The position numbers were made by a program, and so were the translations under genes. The notes under the pieces are model-generated. The model worked only from the letters and a program-made list of their open reading frames with translations. It had not been told where the DNA came from and searched no databases. Positions 1 to 10,141 of a stretch of 64,000 bases of DNA are shown one piece after another. Origin of the DNA: Lingula anatina (lineage: Eukaryota; Animalia; Brachiopoda). The stretch is taken from positions 30,833,967 through 30,897,966 of the forward strand of contig CM120640.1 of assembly GCA_051362555.1 (NCBI GenBank), read 5' to 3'. Position 1 is the first letter of the stretch. Each line of letters opens with the position of its first letter.

Positions 1-7
1 CCAATTA

Positions 8-972
8 GGCCACACTTTTTTAATTTTATGGATGACATCCTGCGCGCGCACGGATTTTCGCCCGTTCTCCAAAAAAAAAAAAAAAAAAAAAAAGCCCCCC
101 CCCAGCCCCCAACAAAGTCGGTTGTCGCAAACGTTGTTATTGAATTTGCAAGAAAATGAGCTTTCTGCGCATGCGTATTTTCGCCACGTGGAAATGCGGC
201 CACTTTGCTGTCAAATTCATCTCTAGGATTACTTTCAAATTACACAACAATAAAAGTCATAAAGAGAACGGGCGCCATCGTTTTGGATTGGTATGCCATT
301 GATATTGGGCATGGAGATATCACCTTTTTACAATTGTGCGAAAGGCTGGCGGCGGCCGAAACATTTCTGTGACATTCTGTATAAAGCAGCACATTAATAC
401 CAGGTTTTCTGTAGCGAAAAAAGGGTCGACAAGGGCGTAGAGGTATTTGGTGGGCTGAAGGTCGGACAGGCCACCTGACAGTTTAGCTGCTTCGTGTGAG
501 TTGAAGTTGACAAAATGGCATCGTCTGAAATGACCTTTAATAGATTTGGTAGTATTAAGCATATCTTTGCATCATTTTTTAAACATTTCTGTGAAGTGTT
601 CAAAATGTTTTAATATTCTGAGAATACAAATAAAGACACACTGTTTGATTGATATTTGTTTTATTGATTGCTATACCAAATGAATGCATGAAATAACCTT
701 AAATAGATTTGGTAATATGAAGTATATCAATTCATGACTTTTTTTACATTTCTACGAAGTATTCACAATGCTTTAATATTTTGAGAGCATGGATAAAGAC
801 ATATTGTTAGTTTGATACGTGTTTCTGTGGTTAAATTTGTGTTTCCAGCTGTGTACTGACAGCATTCCTTTACTTAAGCAGTTTTTTTTTTTGACTGTTT
901 TTTTTTTCGCCCTCTCGCACCGATTTTGGGGTACTCAGAGGATGTCATCCATAAAAATAAAAAAGTGTGGCC
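8..972. mobile_element. Non-autonomous PIF/Harbinger-type DNA transposon (MITE)
   Basis: 34-bp terminal inverted repeats with 1 mismatch: GGCCACACTTTTTTAATTTTATGGATGACATCCT (8-41) vs AGGATGTCATCCATAAAAATAAAAAAGTGTGGCC (939-972). Flanked by identical TTA at 5-7 and 973-975; TTA/TAA TSDs are typical of PIF/Harbinger. No transposase ORF. Confidence 0.85.
528..824. repeat. Degenerate ~163-bp tandem repeat (~1.8 copies) inside the MITE
   Basis: AAATGACCTTTAATAGATTTGGTAGTATTAAG... at 528 aligns with AAATAACCTTAAATAGATTTGGTAATATGAAG... at 691, continuing to ...TAAAGACA(C/T)A...TTGATA. Confidence 0.8.
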
Positions 973-2007
973 TTACTTGATTCCAATTCAGCCACTTAAT
1001 TAATTTTGTAATCCAAACACTAGAATTTTAGCTCTATTTCTTTTAAAATCAGATACTTTGTTCGAGCATTTTATTCCCGATTGCAAAATCAAGGATGGAA
1101 TGAAATTGAATCATGAAAATTGAAGTCAAGGGAGGTCGACAGTGTCTAGCAAATGTACGTTTGCTTTCCTGGTCGAGGTTAGTTCTCTAGAAAACCACTG
1201 GTTTGTTGTCAGTTTACTTTAATAAACAGGATAATTTTGTACAAACCGCTGTCGTAAGATAAAAAAAGGCACCCACTGGGAGCTGAGAATGCACCGATAG
1301 TTACCTGCTTTGTCGCCTTGCTTTGTTTAAGACGTATTAACGCGTTCAGACCTTTGGACGGCTGGGATAATCTTTTCACTTCTTTATGAGCAAATACTTT
1401 TTTTCTGGAAAAGGCAACATAAAAAGTTATTTAACTTTTCAAGCTCATTTCGGCATTCATGTCAATGAAATATACCCAAGAACAATTACCCCTGAAGTGG
1501 GAAATGCATACTTTTTGACAAAATATCGTCAACATAAACCGATCAGTGTTGCCTTATGTCATCTATACAGTACTTACAACAAACTATATCAGTTCTCAGT
1601 GCCAAAATTTCAGTTTACGTGTGGAAATTGTGACAATGTGGCATATAAAGCTTCTTCCTCTTCCTCCTGACCTTGGCCCTTTCTGAATACCTCTCACCAA
1701 ATGCTCACCTGGTTACATAACAGTATCACTGTCGTGGGATTGTGTTAGAGAAGACACATTGTTGTTTTCCCTCAATCTAAAACGCTACCATCAGGTTATT
1801 ATACAAACAAGCCATTTTGTTTTGCCTATAGACTTTCATCCCAAATGAATGAGGTTATTTCCAATTAAAACATGAATGAGACTGTTTTAAGACTAGAAGA
1901 ATTACAAGGCACAAAACCATAGACATAAAAATTTTGCACTCTGAACTTGAACCAACTCTGAACCAAACGATTACCAATCAACAGAGTGCCTAGGAGGCAG
2001 AATATAA

Positions 2008-2302
2008 AGCGCCATTCAGAATATATGATCCCAGTACTATCTGATCCGCCGACTAAATATGGCCGACCACACTTCAAAAGTTCTAGAGATGTCGCTGATT
2101 CCTAATGACCTCCCCGCCTCTACAAGCGCCATGAAATGGATCAAATCTTGGCTCCGAGGTTTAATTGCTAGGCCCCTGCAGCGACGGCGCATGTGGAGGC
2201 GGGGAGACCATCCAGAAACAGCGGCACCTCTTTTGAAGTGTTGTCGGCCATATTAAGTCGGCGGATCAGTTAGTACTCGGATCATCTGTTTTGAATGGGG
2301 CC
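2008..2302. mobile_element. Fold-back/MITE element, almost entirely an inverted repeat; probably Harbinger-like
   Basis: Left arm ~2008-2130 (GCCATTCAGAATATATGATCCCAGTACTATCTGATCCGCCGACTAAATATGGCCGACCACACTTCAAAAG...CTCCCCGCCTCTACAAGCGCC) is the imperfect reverse complement of ~2186-2302. The right end is GGCC followed by TTA; the left flank is TAA, so the TSD is imperfect. Confidence 0.75.
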
Positions 2303-2350
2303 TTAGTGAGGAGTGAGGGTAACCACTGAGAAAGTAACAATAACGCAGGA

Positions 2351-2462
2351 GGGCGGGTCGACGAAAAATTACGCGCATGGAACTGTGCATCAATTGAGTG
2401 GTGTCTCGGCCCTCGGATATAAACGGCGCAGCAAAGACGTTCTTGTTTGTCTGAATTTCATT
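2351..2462 (+). promoter_or_regulatory. Possible Pol II core-promoter-like motifs
   Basis: GC box GGGCGG (2351-2356) and TATAAA (2418-2423) in a locally CpG-richer patch. No convincing downstream gene, and Inr spacing is not canonical. Confidence 0.15.
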
Positions 2463-2917
2463 GTGACACCAGTGAGGATAAATGTTTATGTATCAATCTG
2501 TATGAATGTAAAGTTTATATGCACAAACGCGAAAACGACTATGAGTTTTTGTTTTCATCATCCATTTCATCCAGCTATTTTTCTTTGTGAATGCATTTTA
2601 ATGAATTACAGGTTCTTAGCTCAGACGTCTCCTCAAGTTCACCTTGCCAGTTTTGTTAAATGCCGCTGCTAACGCGTTCCTGGAAAATGCTAACTTTTAG
2701 GTGACTTCCTTTTTAATCATAATCTCCAAACACCTTTTCATTTCAGAGCTTAATGATTTTAGGTTATATTTGCTTTGCATTTTTACCTCTCTATATAAGG
2801 AGGAGTTCTTCCAGCTTTTCCTCCAAATTCGTGGTTTGATATTTTGATATGAAAACCCAAAATTTAAAGTTGTTTTGCTAAAACAGAAGTAGAAGCAGTC
2901 TACAAGCGTCTGTCTCG

Positions 2918-3215
2918 GTAGATCTTAGTTACTACAGTATTTTATTTATATGTAAAATATGGCTATGGCGTATTGTCAGATCAATTTTACTTCTAGGTTC
3001 AAGTCAGAAGATCATATATTAATGCTGATTTCTCTTCATAAACGAGCTAAAAATAGGTATGCCACCTGTCAAAATTAGTTCTTGAACAAAGTAACCATGG
3101 TAGATCGTAATTCATTATTTAAGTTACATGTAAAATATGGCCATAATTTATTGTCAGATCAGTTTTACTTCCAGGTTTAAGTAAGCAGACCATATAATAT
3201 TGGTCATTTCTATTA
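2918..3215. repeat. Degenerate ~182-bp tandem repeat (~1.6 copies)
   Basis: GTAGATC...ATGTAAAATATGGC...TATTGTCAGATCA.TTTTACTT.(T/C)AGGTT.AAGT occurs at 2918 and again at 3100. Confidence 0.7.
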
Positions 3216-3499
3216 AACTAGACAGCAAAGCTGGCAAATATACAGACACCATACAGGAAACAAGGCAGCAAAGCTGACAAACGTTCAGACACTACACAGA
3301 AAAAAAAGTGTACCAAATAATGTTTTGGCCAATTTTGATGCACTGCTACATAATACTTAAAAGCAGCATAATCACTTACCCTCTTACATTATTTACTACA
3401 GGTAACAGGGACATTGAAAAGCTACCAAATGATTCAGTTCCATGGGATATAAAAGCCACTGAAAATGCTTATATGTGAAAAATAAAAAAATTCACACAA

Positions 3500-3643
3500 A
3501 AAAATAATAATTACCATAAATGTAAACAGATCTTGGCTATTTTCAAAGTAACCTGGCTCTTTACCAAACAAAACCACTCAGTACATCTAGAGTAAAACAA
3601 AAATACAGTTCGGCAGTTATGGGGCAAACATTACAAAAATTGT

Positions 3644-3697
<54 letters not shown>

Positions 3698-3990
3698 AGA
3701 ATAATTACCGTAAATGTAAACCAATCATGCTGATTTTCCAAACCAACCTGTCTCTTTACCAAACAAAGCCACTCAGTGAAATAAAAGGAAAACAAAAATA
3801 CGATTCAAGAATTATGGGTTGAATGCCACATAAACTGTGCAAAAAAAAAAAAAAAAAAAAAAACAGAATAATTATCATAAATGTAAAGCAACCATGGGGA
3901 TTTTCAAAAACAACCTGCCTCTTTACCAAAAAAGCCACTCGGTTAATTAAAAGTAAAACAAAAATACAGTTTGAAAGTTATAGGGTGAAC
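3500..3990. repeat. Three-copy tandem repeat (~145-bp core plus variable poly-A linker)
   Basis: Unit ATAATTACC.TAAATGTAAA...AACCTG.CTCTTTACCAAA...CCACTC...AAAACAAAAATAC...TTAT.GG starts near 3507, 3701 and 3868. Units are separated by A51 (3646-3696) and A23 (3841-3863). Confidence 0.85.
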
Positions 3991-4949
3991 TTCAGCAACA
4001 ACGACGGCACAAACAAACAGACCAATCAGAATATATACAGACATTTACAGTGTCTGTATATAACAAGGCAGCAAAGCTGTCAAATGTACAGACAAAAAAC
4101 AGGAAATAACTATGCACAAAATAGGCTACTGTCAATTCTGATGCAAAAGTACATTATGTTAAACTGCAGATTCAACATCAAATTTTAATTATGCTCAAAA
4201 GGTAATACCAATGTAAGTAAAATGTTACAAGTTCACACTTTGAAAATGTATAACTTCCAGAAAAAGAAGCCAATTAGACTGCTTTTCCAACTCAGGCTGC
4301 ATTTTAGTCCTGTATTTCTTTTTTGAAAGTTAGGCAATCATAAGTAACATGGTTTTCCCATAATGGTCCCCATGGCAGCAGTGCCCAAAATACGTTTTTT
4401 TCAAAATTTGATGCAATATTACATAATGTTTAACAGCATAATGACCATCAATTTTAATAATAAAATATTAGTATTATGGATATTCAGAAAATGTGCCTAG
4501 CAAAGGTCTTCAGGCCCATGGAACTTCAAAGTCACAACTTGAAAATGCCAAAATGTAAACAAGACAGCACTGTTCTGAAATGTTTTTTTTTTTATTTTTA
4601 ACAATTTTTAACATAACACAAAATTAACAGTTTACTGCCGTTTTTATATGATCAACTAAGAAAATTGATGAGATGGGAAAAATATCAATAGAGCAGTGTT
4701 AAATGTCCAATTTCTTCCATTCTGAGATTCTGAACATAGTGAATGATTGAATCTGACAAACTGCAATGATATGAGTTTATTTCCATTTTTGAAACTTTAT
4801 TACACAATACATGATAACAAGTTTACTATCATTTTTACATAATCAACTAATAATGTTGTAAAGATGCAGGAAATGCTAAACAAACACTTTTACGTATCTT
4901 ATTAATTAAATAATGAAACTGTTAACATGGCTAAGAATTGAATCTGAGG

Positions 4950-5320
4950 AAATGTGAAAAAACGGCATTTCTTTAAAATAATGGCCCGATTATGCTGTTT
5001 TTCTAACTCAACCTGCGTTTTAGCAGGAATGACCACTCCTGTGAGTTTAATGACAATTGGCCTATCTGTTTTTCTTATATTGTGTTTACAGTGTTGCATA
5101 TATGCTGAAAAGTGAAAAAAAAGCATAACTACTAAGATAATGGCCCGATCATGCCGATTTTCGAACTTGACCTGCATTTTATGAATATTCATCAGCTCTG
5201 TAAATATATAGTCAAAAAGTAAAACTGCCTTCCACTTATCGTGTTTACAATGAAAGTTCACGGCGCCGGCGCCGGCGACATGGACAGTGACGGCAACGAC
5301 AGATGCAGGTGATGGCAATA
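4950..5320 (-). mobile_element. Remnant resembling a bivalve non-autonomous Helentron/HINE-like element with ~160-bp internal repeats
   Basis: The minus strand has a GTC/GGCGCC microsatellite-like tract (5260-5305) followed by ~160-bp core repeats (TGTAAACAC.ATA...CAAGTTCGAAAATCGGCATGATCGGGC...AGTTATGC). The family assignment is from recalled architecture, not a database search. Confidence 0.45.
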
Positions 5321-6370
5321 TGTACAGACACATCTGTACATATTTACTGTATTGTTTGAGAACAGTAAGTGACATGGTTTTTCTTAAATGGTCATTATGG
5401 GAGCAGTGCCCAAAATAGGTTTTTTTCAAATTTTGATGCAATATTACATAATGTTTAACAGCATAATGACCATCAATTTTTAATAATAAAATATTAGTAT
5501 CATGGATATTCAGAAAATGTGACTAGCAAAGGTCTTCAGGCCCATGGAACTTCAAAGTCACAACTTGAAAATGCCAAAATGTAAACAAGTCAGCACTGTT
5601 CTGAAATGTTTTTTTTTTTCATTTTTAACATAAAACAAAATTAACAGGTTACTCCATTTTTATACGATCAACTAAGAAAATTGATGACATGGGAAAAATA
5701 TCAATACAACAGTGTTAAATGTCCAATTTCCTCCATTCTGAGATTCTGAACATAGTGAATGATTGAATCTGACAAACTGCAATGATATGATTTTATTTCC
5801 ATTTTTGACACTTTATTACACAATACACGATAACAAGCTTACCATCATTTTGACATAATCAACTAATAATGTTGTAAAGATGCAGGAAATGTCAACCAAA
5901 CACTTTTACATGTCTTAGTAGTTAAATAATGAGACTGTTAACATGCCTAAGAATTGAATCTGAGGAAATGTGAAACAAGACAGCACTGTTCTGACATGGG
6001 TTTATTTCCATTTTTAACACTTTTTTTAACATAAAACAAAATTAACAGTTTACTGCAATTTTTATATGATCAACTAAGAAAATTGATGAGATGGGAAAAA
6101 TATCAATAGAATAGTGTTAAATCTCCAATTTCCTTCATTCTGAGAATCTGAATATAGTGAATGATTGAATCTGACAAACTGCAATGATATGAGTTTATTT
6201 CCATTTTTGACACTTTATTACACAATACATGATAACAAGTTTACCATCATTTTTACATAATCAACTAACAATGTTGTAAAGATGTAGGAAATGTCAAAAA
6301 AACACTTTTACGTATCTTATTAGTTCAATAAAGAGACTGTTAACATGCCTAAGAGTTGAATCTGAGGAAA

Positions 6371-6835
6371 TGTGAAAAAACAGCATAACGTCTAAAATAA
6401 TGCCCCGATTATGCTGATTTTCGAACTCAACCTGCGTTTTAGTAAGACTGACCACTCCTGTGAGTTTAATGACAATTGGCCTATCTGTTTTTCTTATATT
6501 GTGTTTACAGTGTTGCATATATGCTGAAAAATGAAAAAACAGCATAACTACTAAAATATTTGCCCGATCATGCCGATTTTCGAACTTGACCTGCGTTTTA
6601 GTAAGTTTGATTACTCCTGTGAGTTTCATGACAATAGGCCTAACAGTTTTCCTTAAAATGTGTTTACAGGGTTGCATATATGCTGAAAAGTGAAAAAACA
6701 GCATAACTTCTACAATAATGGCCCGATCATGCTGATTTTTGAACTTGACCTGTGTTTTATGAATATTCATCAGCTCTGTAAATATAAAGCCAAAAAGTAA
6801 AACTGCCCTCCACTTATCGTGTTTACAAGGAAAGT
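6371..6835 (-). repeat. ~160-bp core tandem repeat (~3 copies), same family as 4950-5260
   Basis: TGAAAAAA(A)CAGCATAAC...GCCCGAT(T/C)ATGC.GATTTT.GAACT recurs at ~6373, 6532 and 6691. Confidence 0.8.
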
Positions 6836-6849
6836 GCACATCTGTGTCT

Positions 6850-7010
6850 GTACATAAAAATGAGCTGCAAAAATAGATAGACAATGCCACCTGCCAAAAT
6901 TAGCCCTTGACTACACCTTACTAATGTATGTAACGTCTGTCATAGTAGATCTTAGGTATTAAATTTATATGTAAAATATGCTTATGACTTGTCAGATGAC
7001 AATTACTGCT
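6850..7010. repeat. Further diverged copy of the 2918-3215 repeat family
   Basis: GAGCTGCAAAAATAG...ATGCCACCTGCCAAAATTAG.CCTTGA...GTAGATCTTAG...TATATGTAAAATATG...TTGTCAGAT matches ~3040-3160. Confidence 0.65.
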
Positions 7011-7767
7011 ATGTTTATCAGGTACTTAATTGTTACTACAATGTTACACAAACAAAGAACATTCCAAGATTGAAAAAATGGTTAATTTACAAAGATTTAT
7101 TGTGAAACAAATTTTCCTTTGCTCAGTACAAAAACAATGTCTATTCATTAGAATTACATGTAGTTGGAATGAACAATATATGCAATTTACAGTTAAATTG
7201 AACACAAGCAATCATAGGGTACAAACAGATAACATCCAATTAATATCAAACAAATTTGAAAACCTACTGATGCAAACTGCCTTTCCCACCTGCTAGTGTA
7301 AATTAAGTAAGATCAAAGGAAATGTTTCAGTCCTTTGATACTAGTGGTTTGTTATATTCAGTCTCTGTTTATGCTGTCCTTGGTACAGTGATAAGTCTCA
7401 AAAGATTTCCAAACAGCAGTGGTTTATAGTTTATATCCAACACCTCAAACATATTGTTCATAATATCCTTTGCACTGGTATGATTAATAAAGAGTATTCA
7501 AATTCATTTCATAAACAAATTCCTTTCAACATTTACACTTTATCAAGGTCATAAATATACAGATAGGCATGTTCTGAATTGGATATATTTGCAGTAATTG
7601 TATCAATTATAGCTAGCATATGATAGGCCTCTATGATAGGCCTCTAAGCAGATATAAAGTAGATACTGGAACCACAATGCAAATGGCTGAATGCACATAT
7701 TACTGTTCAGAAGACATATCTTACAAAGTTTGACTTTAACACTGATCCAAACTGTCTGCCACCCAAG

Positions 7768-10141
7768 TTATTTCTTCAGAACTTTCATTCCACCTTCTTA
7801 TTGAAATACTACTACATTCTTTCCTTTCTTTGCCTCATACTATCTCTTGTACTTTGCTTGAGACTTTTCAACTTTCTTCTTGTACTGAAAATATATAGTT
7901 TATAGAAATTGTATTAAATAGGGTATGTTTCAGTATAAATGGGAGAAGCAAAGTTCAAGTTTTTGCCATATAAACTTATACTGTGCACAAAGCCAGCAGG
8001 ATAAATGAAGTTAGCCCCAGAAATTACAATACTGAACCTGCTGCCATCACTATTCTGTTGACACATTTTTACAAAATTTTCTAAATGTTGCAATATTTTT
8101 ATGAACAGATTACGTGTGACATCTTTTTTTTCTGTAAAACTTGTGTGAAACCAAATATTGCTCAATGTAAGGGGCTACTCTTTAATCTTGCATGGACCAA
8201 AATAAAATACAAAAAAAAAAAAAAAAAAGAAATTAATAGCATATTCAGAGGAAGTTGAACATGTAAGTCCCACATGCATACCTTAGCGTGTAACTCAGTA
8301 AGTTGCTGGTGTTGGAATTCCACCTGCACATTACAGTCTTCTTTGCTGGGCATTGTCACTTCTTTCTCTATGTACCTCAACTGCAAAATCAGAAATTAAT
8401 GATCAAAAATGAACAAAATCAATTATGTTTATTAATTAATCCACATCTTAAGGTGCCAATACACTCATTATTTTTTTGATGAAATATAAGAATTTCATTT
8501 GTACATAATATGCCAGCAATGCAATGGTAGACAAGATCAAGATTCATCATCCCTATGATCATAAAAGCAAAATGCATTTTATATTTAAGGGGCCTTGGGC
8601 TGTTTTTTATGCCAAAATATAATCAACAGTCCTTAAGGTCTGGCCAGAATATACACCTAAAAATGCTATTTTTTAGAGTATAAAATATTAGGAGTATATT
8701 ACCCTTATAAACCCCCATATTCCCAAAGTAATTACTTTTGGGTCTGCTATCTTAATATGCCTTGCCATCATGCCATGATTTGAACATAGCTCTGGCCTTA
8801 GTCTGCTCAAATGATGTTTTGGAACAAATACAGGACACCAACAAGCTCACAAGGACAGTGTTCTTGCATAATGCATCTGTATGCATACTATTTACCTTGC
8901 ATGGCAGCCGAGCCTCCCTGTTGAACATCAGGAAAAAAGAACAGTATCCAGTGGCGCAGTTTTGTGCTGTATGATATGCAAAGGTCACTGCTCCAGATAT
9001 ACCTTTCACAGTCATTCTACCTCTCATTATAGTGACTTTTGAGAGTGACACTTTTGAGTGTTTGGTAAAACCGCTCATCTAACTCATTTGTCTGTGGGTG
9101 GTGCACAGCTATAATCTTGTGTTTGATTCCCCACTCTTTCAGAAGGTCATCTAACAGCTACAGAAATAAAATATTTGATGTTAAAATGGATAAATATGTA
9201 TTTCGGCAATTCAATTTTTGCACTGGGAGACGTTATGCACATCTTTCCAAATATTTGCTTCTATTGATGCAAAGAGTAAGACTTTTCATGCACAATTGCT
9301 GCCCTCCTTGAAAGTTGTTCAGTCCACTCCATGGTTATAGGGATATCATAACTCAATAAGACAATTAAATAGTGTGGCACTCCTAGTATGAAAAGTAATA
9401 ACCCTGAGATGTTACATGTCCATCTCACCTCAGCATTGCAAGCTTCAGACATCTGTCTCCGTCTGACTGCTTTATTCCATGTACACATCACTAATAGTCA
9501 CTTTTGTATTGCATGTACTGACCCTATGTAAACCATTAGCATATATACATAGTTCTAAAGTATCCCATTGTATAGAGACCACAACAAAGGAGGGCCTTCC
9601 ATAGCCCTTCAGTAGTAGTAATAGGAGGAGCAGTAGTAGTAGCTGTAGCAGTTGTAGGAGCAGTGACGCTGAAATAAAAATCTGGGAGAAACTAAAGGAG
9701 TGTTGAGTTCTTCACTGGCTGTGAAAGGGATATAAAAAATTCCAAAGAATTGCCCATATATGAAAATTATATTTAAAAACATAATCCTACTTAGTCATTT
9801 TCTACTGTATTAAACAGTTTACATTGATGATAAAAATGGTTATAATTGAGCAGAGTAGGCTTCCAATATTACACATGCTCTAAACTGATTAGTACAGAAA
9901 TAGATATCACTGGTAATCAGTTACACATTCACAGGCATGCCAACAAAATTGAAGCCAATATTCTCCGTGAAACCTTTATCATATTTGGCATAAATAAAGG
10001 GGTGGTGATTGTATCCTTTCCAGTTTCCAATTTATGCCAAAGACTTACTAATTCTTAATTCATATTACAAATTTTGAGACATTTAACTCATTACAAAATT
10101 CTGATCCCTGGTCAGTCAGCAATTTTTTTGGGGCACCCATT
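7768..10141 (-). pseudogene. Disabled intron-containing Gypsy-integrase-like DDE transposase (Ginger1/GIN-like)
   Basis: Four phase-compatible exons with AG acceptors. 10141-10087: (R)MGAPKKLLTDQGSEFCNE, with the second catalytic D; donor reads TTAAAT, apparently mutated. 9157-8896: LLDDLLKEWGIKHKIIAVHHPQTNELDERFYQTLKS...NER*NDCERYI/GAVTFAYHTAQNCATGYCSFFLMFNREARLPCK, with the catalytic E, a stop at 9019-9017 and one net frameshift; donor GTAAAT. 8380-8282: LRYIEKEVTMPSKEDCNVQVEFQHQQLTELHAK; donor GTATGC. 7884 to ~7768: YKKKVEKSQAKYKR*YEAKKGKNVVVFQ*EGGMKVLKK*. These match the rve integrase consensus G.P..I.TDQG.EF.N...YHPQTNGL.ER.N.TL...W......FAY.T......TG.SPF.LMF.RE.RLP. Confidence 0.85.
9611..9665. 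repeat. Imperfect trinucleotide microsatellite (AGT/AGG/AGC)
   Basis: AGTAGTAGTAATAGGAGGAGCAGTAGTAGTAGCTGTAGCAGTTGTAGGAGCAGT. Confidence 0.75.

Larger units (their letters stand above)
4342..6835. repeat. Nested tandem duplication: ~1.03-kb unit repeated, with an internal ~395-bp duplication
   Basis: 4342 (AAGTAACATGGTTTT...GCAGTGCCCAAAATA) recurs at 5368. The block CAGCACTGTTCTGA...GAATCTGAGGAAATGTGAAA occurs at ~4565, ~5591 and ~5981. Confidence 0.85.

Noticed and set aside
3619-4188. Poly-Lys/poly-Phe ORFs (also 32-226)
   Set aside because: Artefacts of poly-A tracts.
4902-6890. 179-aa and 198-aa ORFs with internal repeats
   Set aside because: Translations of ~160-bp TE-like tandem repeats; no recognisable domain.
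7619-7644. 13-bp direct duplication TATGATAGGCCTC x2 as a transposon excision footprint
   Set aside because: Equally explained by replication slippage; no supporting evidence.
6900-7767. Ginger TIR, GPY/F motif or PHD/Ulp1/OTU domain downstream of the integrase
   Set aside because: Several TGT starts exist but no partner inverted repeat is visible, and translations are too degraded to assign a domain.
8752-9078. 108-aa ORF as a standalone gene
   Set aside because: Only the middle (GAVTFAY...REARLPCK) is real integrase frame. The start is out of frame and the end runs into an intron after 8896.
7768-10141. Gypsy LTR retrotransposon
   Set aside because: The integrase is split by phase-compatible introns with canonical acceptors; no RT, RNase H, gag or LTR pair is visible.
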